Assembly (NCBI GenBank): GCA_947626875.1
Contig: CANQTV010000004.1
Coordinates: forward strand, 3,506-67,505
Direction: 5' to 3'
DNA from: an uncultured Clostridia bacterium
Lineage (GTDB): Bacteria; Bacillota; Clostridia; TANB77; CAG-508
Length of the DNA stretch: 64,000 bases
Below, piece after piece: positions 7,614 to 18,200 of the stretch; position 1 is the stretch's first letter; the number at the start of each line of letters is the position of its first letter. Position numbers and translations under genes: made by a program. The notes beneath the pieces were generated by a model. The model saw nothing but the letters and a program-made list of their open reading frames with translations, did not search any database and was not told where the DNA came from.

Positions 7614-10001
7614 ATGAAAAATAAAAATGAATTATCGTACAAAGATTTAAAATTAACCTGTGATGAAAGTCTTTTTAATTTTGATACAACTCAGGAAATT
7701 GAGGATATCCATACAGGTATTGGTCAGCAACGTGGTATTAAAGCTTTAGAATTTGGTCTTCAGGTTGATGTGAAGGGTTATAACTTATATTTAGAAGGTC
7801 CAAATGGCGTAGGAAAAACAATGTATACCAAAAATTACTTAGACAAAATATCTAAAAAACAAAAAGTTCCAAATGATTGGTGCTATATTTATAATTTTAA
7901 TAATCCAAATAATCCTATCTCCGTTTCTTTACCTGCTGGACAAGGTAAAGAATTTAGAGATAATATGGATGGGTTTATTAAAGAAATAAAAAAAGATATA
8001 AAAAAGACATTTAATGCAGATGATTTTGAAAAAGAAAAGGCTATGATAAAACAAGAATTTGAAGAAAAACGTGCTGCTCTTCTTGAAAAATTAAATAGAG
8101 ATGCATTAAAATATAATTTTCAAGTAAAAGCTTCACAAAATGGTATTTATATGATGCCTGTTATAGATGGTAAAGCTATCGAAGAACAGGAATTTGATAA
8201 ATTAGATGAAGCCGTAAAACAAGAATATGAAAACAAATCTGCTATTGTGCAAGAACAAATTATGAATGCAATTAGTCAAATTAAGCAAATTGAACGTCAA
8301 GCTGATAAAAAAATTTCAGAATGGCAATCTAATATTGCTCTTTTAACAGTTAGTGCTCACATTAATTTTTTAAAGTCAAAATATAAGAGAAATAAAAAAA
8401 TAAATAACTTTCTAAATGATGTAAAACAAGATGTTTTAAAAAATGTTTCTTATTTTTTAGAAGAAGACAAAATTTCTCAAAATCAAGCGATAAACCCGGC
8501 TGCTAAAAAACCAGATCCTTCTTTGAATTATCGTGTTAATTTATTTATTGATAATTCAAATTTAGATGGCAGTCCCGTTATTATGGATTCAAATTATTCT
8601 TATCATAATATTTTTGGTTCTCTAGAATATGAAAATTATTATGGTGCTTTAAAAACAGATTTTACTATGTTAAAACCTGGTCTACTACATCAAGCAAATG
8701 GTGGTTACATCATATTTCAAGCTAAAGATTTGTTATCTAGCCCTACTTGCTATGAAGCTTTAAAAAAGGCATTGCGTGTTAAAGAATTAGGAATTGAAGG
8801 TTTACCAGAACAGCGTTCTTCTATGGTAATGATTTCTTTACAGCCTGAACCAATTCCTTTAGATTTAAAAGTAATTTTGATTGGAAATAGCTATATTTAT
8901 CAGACATTATTAGCAATGGATTCTGATTTTAAACAATTATTTAAAATTAAAGTAGAATTTGAGGATGATGCTCCTTTAAATGCTGAAAATGTTAATAAAT
9001 TGGCTAGAATTATACATGGTTTTTGTGAAAAAAATCAACTTGCTCATTTAGATAAAAGTGCTATGGCAAAACTTGTTGAATATTCTTCAAAAATGGCTGG
9101 TAGTCACAGCAAAATTTCAACTCGTTTTGATGATTTGATTGAAATTGTTGGAGAGGCTGCTACTTGGGCAAAAATTGAAAAGTCTAAGGTCGTCACAGCA
9201 AAATATATGGATATGGCATTAAAAGAACAAATAAATCGTGTTAAAAAATATGATTCAAAATATATTGAGATGATTAAAAATGAGTCATTATTAATTGATA
9301 CTTCTGGTTTTAAAGTAGGAACTTTAAATGGTTTGACTGTTATGACAATTGGTGATTATACTTTTGGAAAACCTGCTAAAATTACAGTAAATACTTATAC
9401 TGGAAAAAATGGTGTTGTTAATATTGAAAGAGAAGTTGAACTTTCTGGTTCTTCTCACTCAAAAGGTGTTTTGATTTTAACAGGTTATTTGGGAGAAATG
9501 TTTGCTCAAGATATTCCTCTTTGCTTAACTGCTAGTATTTGTTTTGAGCAATTATATAATGGTGTAGATGGTGATAGTGCTTCTAGTACAGAGCTATATG
9601 GGTTACTTTCTAGCCTTTCTGGAATCCCTATTAATCAAGCAATTGCTGTTACTGGTTCTGTGAATCAAAAAGGACAAATTCAGCCAATTGGTGGTGTTAA
9701 TGAAAAAATTGAAGGTTATTTCCAGATTTGTAAAATGAGAGGCTTAGATGGTTCACATGGTGTTATGATACCAATTCAAAATGTTGATAATTTACAACTT
9801 TGTGATGAAGTTTTGGAAGCTGTAAAAAATAAACAATTTCATATTTATTCTATTTCAACAATTGAAGAAGGAATTGAAATTTTAACAGGCGTTCCTGCTG
9901 GTAAAAGAGATTCTTCTGGTCATTTCCCTGCTGGTACTATCAATGACCTTGTTTATCAAAAATTAAAGAAATATGCAAATATTGTTTATGGTAAAAAATA
10001 A
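7614..10001 (+). CDS. Lon-like ATP-dependent protease (AAA+ ATPase plus C-terminal S16 Lon proteolytic domain; COG1067/LonC type)
   Basis: Walker A LEGPNGVGKTMY. C-terminal DGDSASSTELYGLLSSLSG...VTGSVNQKGQIQPIGGVNEKIEG with the Ser-Lys dyad context. Confidence 0.7.
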   Translation: MKNKNELSYKDLKLTCDESLFNFDTTQEIEDIHTGIGQQRGIKALEFGLQVDVKGYNLYLEGPNGVGKTMYTKNYLDKISKKQKVPNDWCYIYNFNNPNNPISVSLPAGQGKEFRDNMDGFIKEIKKDIKKTFNADDFEKEKAMIKQEFEEKRAALLEKLNRDALKYNFQVKASQNGIYMMPVIDGKAIEEQEFDKLDEAVKQEYENKSAIVQEQIMNAISQIKQIERQADKKISEWQSNIALLTVSAHINFLKSKYKRNKKINNFLNDVKQDVLKNVSYFLEEDKISQNQAINPAAKKPDPSLNYRVNLFIDNSNLDGSPVIMDSNYSYHNIFGSLEYENYYGALKTDFTMLKPGLLHQANGGYIIFQAKDLLSSPTCYEALKKALRVKELGIEGLPEQRSSMVMISLQPEPIPLDLKVILIGNSYIYQTLLAMDSDFKQLFKIKVEFEDDAPLNAENVNKLARIIHGFCEKNQLAHLDKSAMAKLVEYSSKMAGSHSKISTRFDDLIEIVGEAATWAKIEKSKVVTAKYMDMALKEQINRVKKYDSKYIEMIKNESLLIDTSGFKVGTLNGLTVMTIGDYTFGKPAKITVNTYTGKNGVVNIEREVELSGSSHSKGVLILTGYLGEMFAQDIPLCLTASICFEQLYNGVDGDSASSTELYGLLSSLSGIPINQAIAVTGSVNQKGQIQPIGGVNEKIEGYFQICKMRGLDGSHGVMIPIQNVDNLQLCDEVLEAVKNKQFHIYSISTIEEGIEILTGVPAGKRDSSGHFPAGTINDLVYQKLKKYANIVYGKK

Positions 10002-10007
10002 AATTTA

Positions 10008-10208
10008 GAATTGGGGACGACCTTTTTTTCCCTAGCCGGGAAGAGGGGACGCCCTTTTTTTCCTTAGTCGGGAAGAGGGGACGCCCTTTTTTTCCCTATG
10101 CTATTTTTCCCTCTTTGTAAAAAATAAATATTTTTATAATAATAAACAAAGAGGGAAAAATAGCATAGGGAAAAAAAGGGCGTCCCCAATTCCCGGTTCG
10201 TCCCCAAT
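10008..10208. repeat. Palindromic intergenic repeat, copy B. Three direct GGGGACGCCCTTTTTTTCCCTA units, the AT loop, then an inverted unit.
   Basis: Read directly. It fills the gap exactly, from the stop codon at 10001 to the stop codon at 10209. Confidence 0.9.
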
Positions 10209-10603
10209 TTAAAATATATTTTTTAAGTCTAATGCATTTTTATCTTTTATATGTTTCAATATAAACATACTACTATCTAATTGATTTAATGCTTCTGGTG
10301 CATCTTGTTTTTCTACATAGCTTTTTAATCCTGTTAAATTAGTTTCCACTTTTTCTAATTCATTATGTTCTATATAATATGCCATATTATCATATCTTTT
10401 TTCCCAGTTTTTTTCTATTTTTTCTAAATTTTGATTTGCTACTTCCCAATTAATATTTTCATCTTCTAATATGATTTCTTCTCTTAATTTATTTAAATCT
10501 GTTGACATTTCTGTAACTGCTTGTTCTGTATAGTTTTGCGTTATATTGTTTCCGATAATAATTGCTATTACAATTATTATTAATATTGTTAATTCTTTAT
10601 ACA
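10209..10603 (-). CDS. DUF4363-like small membrane-anchored protein (usual partner of DUF421/YetF)
   Basis: N-terminal TM helix then helical body. The start is taken at MYKELTIL, because the longer ORF overlaps the upstream gene. Confidence 0.5.
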
Positions 10604-10623
10604 TATAAATCCTCCTAATGTAC

Positions 10624-11295
10624 TTAATTTTCTTTTTTCTGGCAAAAAATTTGACCTTTTCCATCAATTGTGACAACTAGGGCTTCTTCTGGTTGCATTT
10701 TAAATTTTTCTACTTGTTTTTTTAGCCATTGATAATCTTTCCCTATTTTTTGTAAGTTGTCTGACATTATTTTTCCATCAATAACTAAATCATATGAAAT
10801 TCCTTCATAGTCTGGAGTAATTTGAAAATCTTCTGGTATTGTATTTCTCTTTTCTGGTTTTTGTATTACTGTAATCTGTCCACTTGTTTCTAATATTGCA
10901 TATTCTACGTCTCCAAGGTTCATTATATTATTTCCTCTTAGACGTTCTTGAAGTTCATTTATTGTAAATCTTTCTTTTTTTAATGCTTTTTCATCAATTT
11001 TTCCCCTGTATATTAAAATCCTCGGTTTTCCACAGATAATTTCTCTTGCTCTAATACTTTTTAAATTCAAAAAAGATATTCCTAAATGCATTACTAGTAA
11101 TCCTAAAATTGGTATAATTCCATTCCAGATTGGTACTCCTGTTTCTGTCATTGGAATGGATGCTAAGTCTGCAATCATAATAGAAATTGCTAATTCAAAT
11201 GGTTGTAATTGCCCTATTTCTCTTTTTCCCATAAGTCTCATAACAATTAAGACAATGATGTATAAAATGATTGCTCTAAAAAATGTTATTAACAC
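10624..11295 (-). CDS. DUF421 (YetF/YdfS family) membrane protein
   Basis: MLITFFRAIILYIIVLIVMRLMGKREIGQLQPFELA and the C-terminal YetF domain. GTG start with RBS GGTGAAAG. Confidence 0.7.
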   Translation of the reverse strand: MLITFFRAIILYIIVLIVMRLMGKREIGQLQPFELAISIMIADLASIPMTETGVPIWNGIIPILGLLVMHLGISFLNLKSIRAREIICGKPRILIYRGKIDEKALKKERFTINELQERLRGNNIMNLGDVEYAILETSGQITVIQKPEKRNTIPEDFQITPDYEGISYDLVIDGKIMSDNLQKIGKDYQWLKKQVEKFKMQPEEALVVTIDGKGQIFCQKKEN

Positions 11296-11446
11296 CGTAC
11301 TTTCACCTCATATCTAATTTTCTCAAAAAAATGATTTTTTATACGATTTTTGAATAAATATTTTTTTATTGAACATAATAATTTTAAAGCCAATATAGAA
11401 AATTATTTTAACTTAAAATTTTTTTTGGCTAAGGAGGTATTCATCA

Positions 11447-11817
11447 TGTCAAATGCTGAATCAAATGTAAACAGTGGTACTTCAACTGTATGGCAAATAA
11501 TAGGTAGACTAATTGGTGCTGCAGTTGTTTTAGCTATTACTGCTTTCTTTACACCTGGATTTTCTATCAATAATATATGGACTTTAATAATTGCTGCAAT
11601 TGTTTTAACAGTTATTGACTATTTAATTGTAAAATTTACTGGTTTACATGCTAGTCCTTTTGGTAAAGGCTTCGTAGGCTTTGCTTTAGCAGCTATTACA
11701 TTATATGTAACACAATTTTTTGTAGCTGGATATACAATTTCATGGATGGCCGCAATTATTGGTGCTTTAATCTATGGTGTTATTGATTACTTTATACCTG
11801 GTAATCAAAATATGTAA
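11447..11817 (+). CDS. Small 4-TM membrane protein (DUF360 / phage-holin-4-like family)
   Basis: RBS AAGGAGG 8 nt upstream of the ATG. Glycine-zipper hydrophobic segments. Confidence 0.4.
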
Positions 11818-11823
11818 ATTAAA

Positions 11824-11858
11824 AAAAGAAACGTTTTTTATCTTAAACGTTTCTTTTT
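11824..11858. terminator. Bidirectional rho-independent terminator between convergent genes
   Basis: GAAACGTTTtttatcttAAACGTTTC hairpin flanked by A-runs and T-runs. Confidence 0.6.
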
Positions 11859-11866
11859 CTTGGTTT

Positions 11867-12538
11867 TTATACTTTTTCTGTGATTTCATTTTGATTTTTA
11901 TATATACTGTTTTGTTCTAATACTCCTCGAACAGATGATAATGGATATATATTTGTTCCTTTACCTATTATACTTCCTGGATTTAAGATACTTCCACATC
12001 CTACTTCTACATTATCCCCAAGCATTGCCCCTACCTTTTTTAATTTTGTTTCAAATTTCTCACCTGTTTTAGAATTTTTTATTACTACAAGGGTTTTATC
12101 TGATTTGACATTTGATGTAATTGAGCCTGCTCCCATATGTGCTTTATATCCTAATATAGAGTCTCCTACATAATTGTAATGTGGTACTTGCACACTATCA
12201 AATAAAATTACGTTTTTTAATTCTGTAGAATTTCCTACTACAGCATGTTTTCCAATAATTGCATTTCCTCTAATAAATGCACAATGTCTTATTTCTGCTT
12301 CCTCACATATTATTACTGGTCCTTTTATATATGCTGTTTTTGCAATAGTTGCTGTTTTTGCAACCCAAACATTTTCTTCTATTTCTTCATATTTATCTTT
12401 TGGTAATGTTTTTCCCAAGGCTATAATATAATCGTGAATTTTTGGTAAAACTTCCCATGGATAAGTTACTTCATCAAATATAGATTTTGCAATTGTATTT
12501 TCAATTGAATATAGGTCTTGTATTTTGCAGCCTTTCAT
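11867..12538 (-). CDS. Left-handed beta-helix (hexapeptide-repeat) protein, GlmU-C-terminal-like sugar-nucleotide-pathway acyltransferase partner
   Basis: Isoleucine-rich hexapeptide repeats (IRGNAIIGKHAVVGNSTELKNVIL...). It is downstream of a UDPGP-family gene. Confidence 0.5.
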   Translation of the reverse strand: MKGCKIQDLYSIENTIAKSIFDEVTYPWEVLPKIHDYIIALGKTLPKDKYEEIEENVWVAKTATIAKTAYIKGPVIICEEAEIRHCAFIRGNAIIGKHAVVGNSTELKNVILFDSVQVPHYNYVGDSILGYKAHMGAGSITSNVKSDKTLVVIKNSKTGEKFETKLKKVGAMLGDNVEVGCGSILNPGSIIGKGTNIYPLSSVRGVLEQNSIYKNQNEITEKV

Positions 12539-12693
12539 TTTTCTCCCCTTCCTTGTTGAAAAATAATTAGCATCTTGCGTTGTTAGACTTTATCTTAAAT
12601 CAAATCAACGTGCAAAAAGCACGTCTCATTGATTTAAGACTCGTCTGCCTAGCAATATACTAATTCTTTTCCAACAGCTCTAATTCCAATATT

Positions 12694-13947
12694 TTAATTC
12701 CAAAATTTTTCATACAACTCCTTCGCCGTCTTTGGACTATCAACACCTTCTTTATTTTTTACTGGTGCAAAGTCTTCTTCTCTTTTACCTCTTAAAATAG
12801 CAATGTCATCAAAAAATGTAAATGCATCAAATATGAATGCTTCAAATTTGAATGTATTTTCTTTTTCTGGAATAATTTCTTTTCCTGTTGAATCTATATA
12901 TGTATTTTTCTTTAAAGCCCAATGATACATTAGTGGCTCTTTACTGATTTTTTCTACTGCATCTATTGTAAACAGATTACACATAATATGAGATTCCCCA
13001 TATTTTAATTCTCCATCTAGATTTACTTCTTCTGCCATCTTTTCTGGAAGTTCTGTGTACTCAATTACTTTTGGGTGTCCATTCATTTTGCAGAATACTC
13101 CTACTCTTTCTTGAGGATTTGCTTTTACAATCGATTTTGATGCTATTTGAACATTTTGTTCAATCGCTAACCCTAGTAAAGTAGTATCAGCCATTTTTAG
13201 TAGTACATTATCTACTCCACCAATAAATACCCATTCAATGCCTCTTTCTTTCATGTCTGCTAAAGCTCCAGATGTTCTTAATGATGTGAATGTTCCTCCA
13301 TTTCCATCTGATGCTAATTTAATTAACTTATTTTTTCCAATTAATAACTTTCCTTTTGTGTCAATTAATGGTAACTCTCCTTGTTGAAATAAAATTACAT
13401 TATTTTTATCATATCCAAAAAAAGAATGTTCTTCTAAAAAGCTTTTTGTTTCATTATGATTTTCTTTACTTGTCATGATATACCAAGGAATTGTCACTCC
13501 ATATTTTTTGTTTGCTTCTTTTAAATTGTCAATCAATATTTCAAAAAGGTATTTTCCTTTTCCATATACATCTAATTTAAATGTTCCTTTTGGTCCTGTA
13601 TGTTCTAATCTTGTTCCTTGACCTCCAGCCATAGTTACAACTGCATATTTCCCTGATGAAATAACTTTTTCTCCTAAATTATCTAATTGACTTTTTTTAC
13701 TACTACTTATTTTTGCTTTATCAAAATATTGAATTTCTTCTATTTTATTTTCTTTTATTTGAACTGCTTTTTTAGTATTATCATATAATTCTGCTAATTG
13801 ATGAAAATCTATAGTTAGAATTTGATTTTCTAATGCTTCTTTCTCTTGTTCATTTAGAGTTTGCATATAGTTGATAATATGTTCTTGTTTATATTGTTGC
13901 AACAAATCTATTACTTCTTGTGTTTTCTCCATTCCCATACTCTTCAT
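12694..13947 (-). CDS. UDPGP type-1 family nucleotidyltransferase (UDP-GlcNAc/UTP-glucose-1-phosphate uridylyltransferase, eukaryotic-type)
   Basis: MAGGQGTRLEHTGPKGTF ... DGNGG motifs. Confidence 0.65.
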   Translation of the reverse strand: MKSMGMEKTQEVIDLLQQYKQEHIINYMQTLNEQEKEALENQILTIDFHQLAELYDNTKKAVQIKENKIEEIQYFDKAKISSSKKSQLDNLGEKVISSGKYAVVTMAGGQGTRLEHTGPKGTFKLDVYGKGKYLFEILIDNLKEANKKYGVTIPWYIMTSKENHNETKSFLEEHSFFGYDKNNVILFQQGELPLIDTKGKLLIGKNKLIKLASDGNGGTFTSLRTSGALADMKERGIEWVFIGGVDNVLLKMADTTLLGLAIEQNVQIASKSIVKANPQERVGVFCKMNGHPKVIEYTELPEKMAEEVNLDGELKYGESHIMCNLFTIDAVEKISKEPLMYHWALKKNTYIDSTGKEIIPEKENTFKFEAFIFDAFTFFDDIAILRGKREEDFAPVKNKEGVDSPKTAKELYEKFWN

Positions 13948-14138
13948 TCCCCTCAGTATTTATATCACTAGTATATTATTCAATTTTTCATTTTTTGCTA
14001 TTATCAATCGAAAGTATTCTATCACAAATATTATCATTTTGCAAATTTTTTTGAAAACTTGTCATATACCTTGTCAATTCTCAATATACATTAATAAATC
14101 AATTTGTACAAACATGTGCTAAAAGGAGGTATATAGAG

Positions 14139-15617
14139 ATGGAAAATACAAGATTGTATGAAGACATCGCCAAAAGGACCGATGGGGATATATATGTTGG
14201 GGTGGTTGGTCCTGTTAGAACTGGTAAATCTACTTTTATTAAAAATTTTATGGATTTATTGGTTATTCCCAATATCGATAATGATTATAAAAAAGAACGT
14301 GCAAAAGATGAATTGCCACAAAGTGCTGGTGGAAAAACTATTATGACTACAGAGCCAAAATTTGTTCCAAATGAGGCAGTAGAAATTACTTTAGATAATA
14401 ATTTAAAATTTAAAACTAGATTAGTAGATTGTGTTGGATATTTAGTGGACAATGCAATTGGATATTTAGAAGATGATATGCCAAGAATGGTGAAAACTCC
14501 TTGGTCTGATGATGAAATGCCTTTTGAAAAAGCTGCTGAAATTGGTACGAAAAAAGTAATTGATGAACATTCAACTATTGGTATTTTAATGACAACAGAT
14601 GGTTCTATTACAGATATTCCTAGAGATGACTATGTTCAGGCTGAAGAAAGAGTTGTTCATGAATTAAAAGCCTTAAATAAACCATTTGTTATAGTCTTAA
14701 ATTCATATGATCCAAATTCCAGTGAAACAATGAATTTGGCTGAGGATCTTTCCCAAAAATATCAAGCAAGTGTAATTCCTTTAAATTGTTCATCTTTAAA
14801 TTTAGATGATATAAATACTATTTTTGCTAAGGTTTTATATGAATTCCCTGTAGAACGTATTGCTATAAAATTTCCTAAGTGGATGGATGGTTTGGATTTC
14901 AGTCATCCTTTAAAGTCACAATTAATGCAAGAAATTCAAGAGGCTTTTGGTGATGTGAATGTTTTAAAAGATGTATCTCCTTGTGCTAATAAGATTGCAA
15001 AAACAGAAATCATTGATGGAACTACTATTCAAGATATTCAACTTGGTTCTGGATTTGTTAATATTAAAATTGATTTAAAGGAAGACTTGTTTTATAGTGT
15101 TTTATCTGAAATTACAGGTGTTGAAGTACAAAATGAAGGTGATTTGTTTGGCATTATTAGTAATCTTTCTTCTACGAAGAAACGTTATGATAAAATTGCA
15201 TTCGCATTAGATGAAGTTGATAGAAAAGGTTATGGAATTGTAACTCCTTCTATTGATGAGTTGGAATTGGCTGAGCCAGAGATGGTAAAACAGGGTTCTC
15301 GCTTTGGTGTCAAATTAAAAGCTACTGCCCCTTCTATTCATATGATTAGAACTAATGTAACAACTGAAGTTTCTCCTATTGTTGGTTCTGAAAAGCAGTC
15401 TGAAGAGTTGGTAAATTATTTGCTTTCTGAATTTGAAAGTGATCCTAAGAAAATTTGGGAATCTAATATTTTTGGAAAAAGTTTACATGCTCTTGTAAAT
15501 GAGGGCTTACAAACTAAACTTTCTAAAATGCCTGAAGATGCTCAAATTAAATTGCAAGAAACTTTGGAACGTATTGTAAATGAAGGCAGTGGCGGATTGA
15601 TTTGCATTATATTATAA
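14139..15617 (+). CDS. spoIVA: Stage IV sporulation protein A (spore coat morphogenetic ATPase)
   Basis: MENTRLYEDIAKRTDGDIYVGVVGPVRTGKSTFIK (Walker A), full length of about 492 aa. RBS AAAGGAGG. Confidence 0.9.
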   Translation: MENTRLYEDIAKRTDGDIYVGVVGPVRTGKSTFIKNFMDLLVIPNIDNDYKKERAKDELPQSAGGKTIMTTEPKFVPNEAVEITLDNNLKFKTRLVDCVGYLVDNAIGYLEDDMPRMVKTPWSDDEMPFEKAAEIGTKKVIDEHSTIGILMTTDGSITDIPRDDYVQAEERVVHELKALNKPFVIVLNSYDPNSSETMNLAEDLSQKYQASVIPLNCSSLNLDDINTIFAKVLYEFPVERIAIKFPKWMDGLDFSHPLKSQLMQEIQEAFGDVNVLKDVSPCANKIAKTEIIDGTTIQDIQLGSGFVNIKIDLKEDLFYSVLSEITGVEVQNEGDLFGIISNLSSTKKRYDKIAFALDEVDRKGYGIVTPSIDELELAEPEMVKQGSRFGVKLKATAPSIHMIRTNVTTEVSPIVGSEKQSEELVNYLLSEFESDPKKIWESNIFGKSLHALVNEGLQTKLSKMPEDAQIKLQETLERIVNEGSGGLICIIL

Positions 15618-15662
15618 TAAAAAATGCTGAGATTATGTTTAGTATAATCTCAGCTTTTTCTT

Positions 15663-16685
15663 TTAATTAGATGGATTATATGATGGCAAATCTTCATAAG
15701 GTGATGTTGAATTATCGTTGCTATTATTAATTGTTACATTAGTAGTGCTTCCTGTAGTGTTGTCATACATAACAATTGTTTCATTTCCTTTTGGAGTTTC
15801 TTGTTCATTTTGATCTGTATTAACGATTTTATATCCATCATACTTATCTATGATGTAGTTTAAAAATTTTTGTACTTTTTCTTCTCCTATATAAAATGCT
15901 TTTCCTGTGTCAAGGATATTTGTTAATAAATAACCTTTATCTGTTAAAGATACACTAATATTTTCATATCCTAAAATGGGGATATCTACACTTATATTTA
16001 TTTTTGAAGCAAATCGTTCTGATACATAATTTCCTGGATCTGCATCACTATATATGTTTTCTAAACTTGTATCATTAAATAACATTTTCCAAATAATATC
16101 ATTTTTTACATCATAAAACTCTACATTTGTATATTCTGGATTATCACTTTCCTTCCCTTCCCAATAATTATATTCTATTGTTCCAAAAGATGTAATTTCT
16201 TTTAGATTTAGGTCTTGTATAAACTCTTCTAATGTTGTTGGTTTGTAATAGCTATTTACATACACATAGTAATCATTATCATTTTCGAATTTTATTGCAA
16301 TAGCACATTTTTCTGATATATCTTTTATTGAATATAGTTCTGCTTTTTTCTCATGTTCCGTGTTTGTGTCTGTATCTTTTCCAATTAAAGTTGTTGTTTC
16401 AAGATTTTCTTTTATTTTATCATTTGAAATTTTAGTATTTCTACTCGAATATTTCTCGTTATTATAATTAGCTTCATTATATTGCTGGCTAATAGGTCTA
16501 TCTTTCCAATATGGTATTGTTGCTGGTAAATCTGAATATTCAGAATTATTAGAAACTTGTTTTTCAATCCATTGGTGTGTTTGATTTTTTTTGTTAAATA
16601 GATGTGTTTGCATTAGCCATATAAGTATTATAATAACTATTGCAAAAATTGGAATTAATATATATTTAATATGATTTTTTTTCAT
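15663..16685 (-). CDS. Hypothetical membrane-anchored protein (N-terminal TM, Asn/Tyr-rich extracellular body)
   Basis: ORF only. No recognisable domain. Confidence 0.35.
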   Translation of the reverse strand: MKKNHIKYILIPIFAIVIIILIWLMQTHLFNKKNQTHQWIEKQVSNNSEYSDLPATIPYWKDRPISQQYNEANYNNEKYSSRNTKISNDKIKENLETTTLIGKDTDTNTEHEKKAELYSIKDISEKCAIAIKFENDNDYYVYVNSYYKPTTLEEFIQDLNLKEITSFGTIEYNYWEGKESDNPEYTNVEFYDVKNDIIWKMLFNDTSLENIYSDADPGNYVSERFASKINISVDIPILGYENISVSLTDKGYLLTNILDTGKAFYIGEEKVQKFLNYIIDKYDGYKIVNTDQNEQETPKGNETIVMYDNTTGSTTNVTINNSNDNSTSPYEDLPSYNPSN

Positions 16686-16701
16686 ATCTCTTCCCCACTT
16701 T

Positions 16702-17727
16702 CTATTTTTTTATATTTTTCCTTCTTAGTTGTCCACATGCTGCATCAATGTCAGATCCTAATTCTCTCCTGATTGTTGCTACAATTCCATGTTCATTTAA
16801 GTAGTCACGAAATTTGATAATATTTTCATTACTTGCTTTTGTATAAATTCCATTTTCAATAGAATTTATTGGAATTAAATTGACATGGCAAAGCATTCCT
16901 TTTAATAATTTGACCAATTCTTTTGCGTCTTCTAAATTATCATTATTGTCTTTTGCTAATGCATATTCAAATGAAATCCTGCGATTTGTTTTTGCTATAT
17001 AGTCTTTACATGCTTGTAATAATTCTTCTATTGGATAGCTGTTATTTACTGGCATCATACTACTTCTTTTTTGATTGTTTGTTGCATGTAATGATATTGA
17101 TAATGTGCATTGAATGTTTTCTTCTGCTAATTGATAAATTTTAGGTACTAATCCACTTGTTGAGACACTAATATGACGAGCTCCAATGTTTAGCCCTTTT
17201 GGATGGTTAATTAAACGAATTGCTTTTACTACATTATCATAGTTATCTAATGGTTCGCCTATTCCCATAAAAACTACATTGGAAATACGAATATTTTCAT
17301 CTTGTTCTACTGCTATAATTTGTTCTACAATTTCTCCTGCTGTTAAGTCTCTAATAAATTTAATTCCTGTTGATGCACAAAATTTACATCCCATTTTACA
17401 TCCAATTTGTGATGATACACAAATACTATATCCATGATGATATTGCATTAAAACTGTTTCAATTGCATTTCCATCTAATACATCAAATAAATATTTTTTT
17501 GTGCCGTCTTTTGCTTCTTGTTTTTTGATAATATTATAATTGCAGATTGTATATGTTTCTTTTAATTTTTCTCTTAGTGATAAAGATAAGTTTGTCATTT
17601 CATCAAATGCTTTCACTTTTTCTTCATATAACCATTTAAAAATTTGCTCTGCGCGGAATGGTTTTTCTTGTAATGTTTGCATTTCTTGTTTTAATTCTTC
17701 TAAACTAAAATCTTTTATATTTTTCAT
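16702..17727 (-). CDS. rlmN: 23S rRNA (adenine2503-C2)-methyltransferase RlmN (radical SAM)
   Basis: CxxxCxxC radical-SAM cluster GCKMGCKFCAS. The RlmN N-terminal FRAEQIFKWLY motif. Confidence 0.85.
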   Translation of the reverse strand: MKNIKDFSLEELKQEMQTLQEKPFRAEQIFKWLYEEKVKAFDEMTNLSLSLREKLKETYTICNYNIIKKQEAKDGTKKYLFDVLDGNAIETVLMQYHHGYSICVSSQIGCKMGCKFCASTGIKFIRDLTAGEIVEQIIAVEQDENIRISNVVFMGIGEPLDNYDNVVKAIRLINHPKGLNIGARHISVSTSGLVPKIYQLAEENIQCTLSISLHATNNQKRSSMMPVNNSYPIEELLQACKDYIAKTNRRISFEYALAKDNNDNLEDAKELVKLLKGMLCHVNLIPINSIENGIYTKASNENIIKFRDYLNEHGIVATIRRELGSDIDAACGQLRRKNIKK

Positions 17728-17745
17728 ATATGCTTCCTTTCTGAA

Positions 17746-17774
17746 GGGAATTGGGGACGCCCTTTTTTTCCCTA
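17746..17774. repeat. Solo half-unit of the palindromic repeat family, copy C (GGGAATTGGGGACGCCCTTTTTTTCCCTA)
   Basis: Read directly, just upstream of the rlmN start. Confidence 0.8.
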
Positions 17775-17912
17775 TTTATTTGATATTATAACATCTATTG
17801 AGATGATTGACAATCATTTTTATGACAAATTATGGCAAAACTCTTTTTATTTTTCTTATTTTGTGATACAATATCGTCGAGATTATCAAAAGAAAAATTA
17901 GGAGGATTAAAA

Positions 17913-18182
17913 ATGGAGTTAAATAAATGTACAAGATGTGGTAGTTTTTATTTATCTGAAGGAAATGTTTGCCCTAACTGTGAAGCAAAAGATAATTTGG
18001 AATTTTCAAATTTTAAGAATTATATTCAAGAAAATGGTTTAGACTGTAATATTGATGAAATTGCTGGGAAAACTGGGATTTCTGTTAAAAATATAAATCG
18101 TTTTTTAGGATATGAAGGACTTGGAGAATATTCTGATAAATTAGGAAATATATCATTAAAATCTGGGAAATTTGATTTATAG
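17913..18182 (+). CDS. Small zinc-ribbon protein (CxxC...CxxC), co-transcribed upstream of tyrS
   Basis: RBS AGGAGG. CTRCGSFYLSEGNVCPNC. Confidence 0.4.
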   Translation: MELNKCTRCGSFYLSEGNVCPNCEAKDNLEFSNFKNYIQENGLDCNIDEIAGKTGISVKNINRFLGYEGLGEYSDKLGNISLKSGKFDL

Positions 18183-18200
18183 AAGAAAGGTGGAGTCAAG

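Noticed and set aside
7614-10001. BREX BrxL defence protease
   Set aside because: The architecture is compatible, but no other BREX genes are in the window. The neighbourhood is sporulation and housekeeping genes.
12539-12693. Possible riboswitch in the 155-nt leader of the hexapeptide-repeat gene
   Set aside because: Only a short imperfect hairpin (GACGTGC-TTTTT-GCACGT), better explained as the terminator of the upstream UDPGP gene. No recognisable riboswitch core.
13948-14138. Sigma-E promoter for spoIVA
   Set aside because: CATATACC ... ATATACAT elements are present, but spacing and match to kmATATT-N14-CATACAnT were too loose to call by eye.
17776-17912. T-box riboswitch leader upstream of tyrS
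   Set aside because: Only about 135 nt of non-coding sequence precede the small zinc-ribbon ORF. No T-box consensus, specifier loop or terminator/antiterminator pair was visible.
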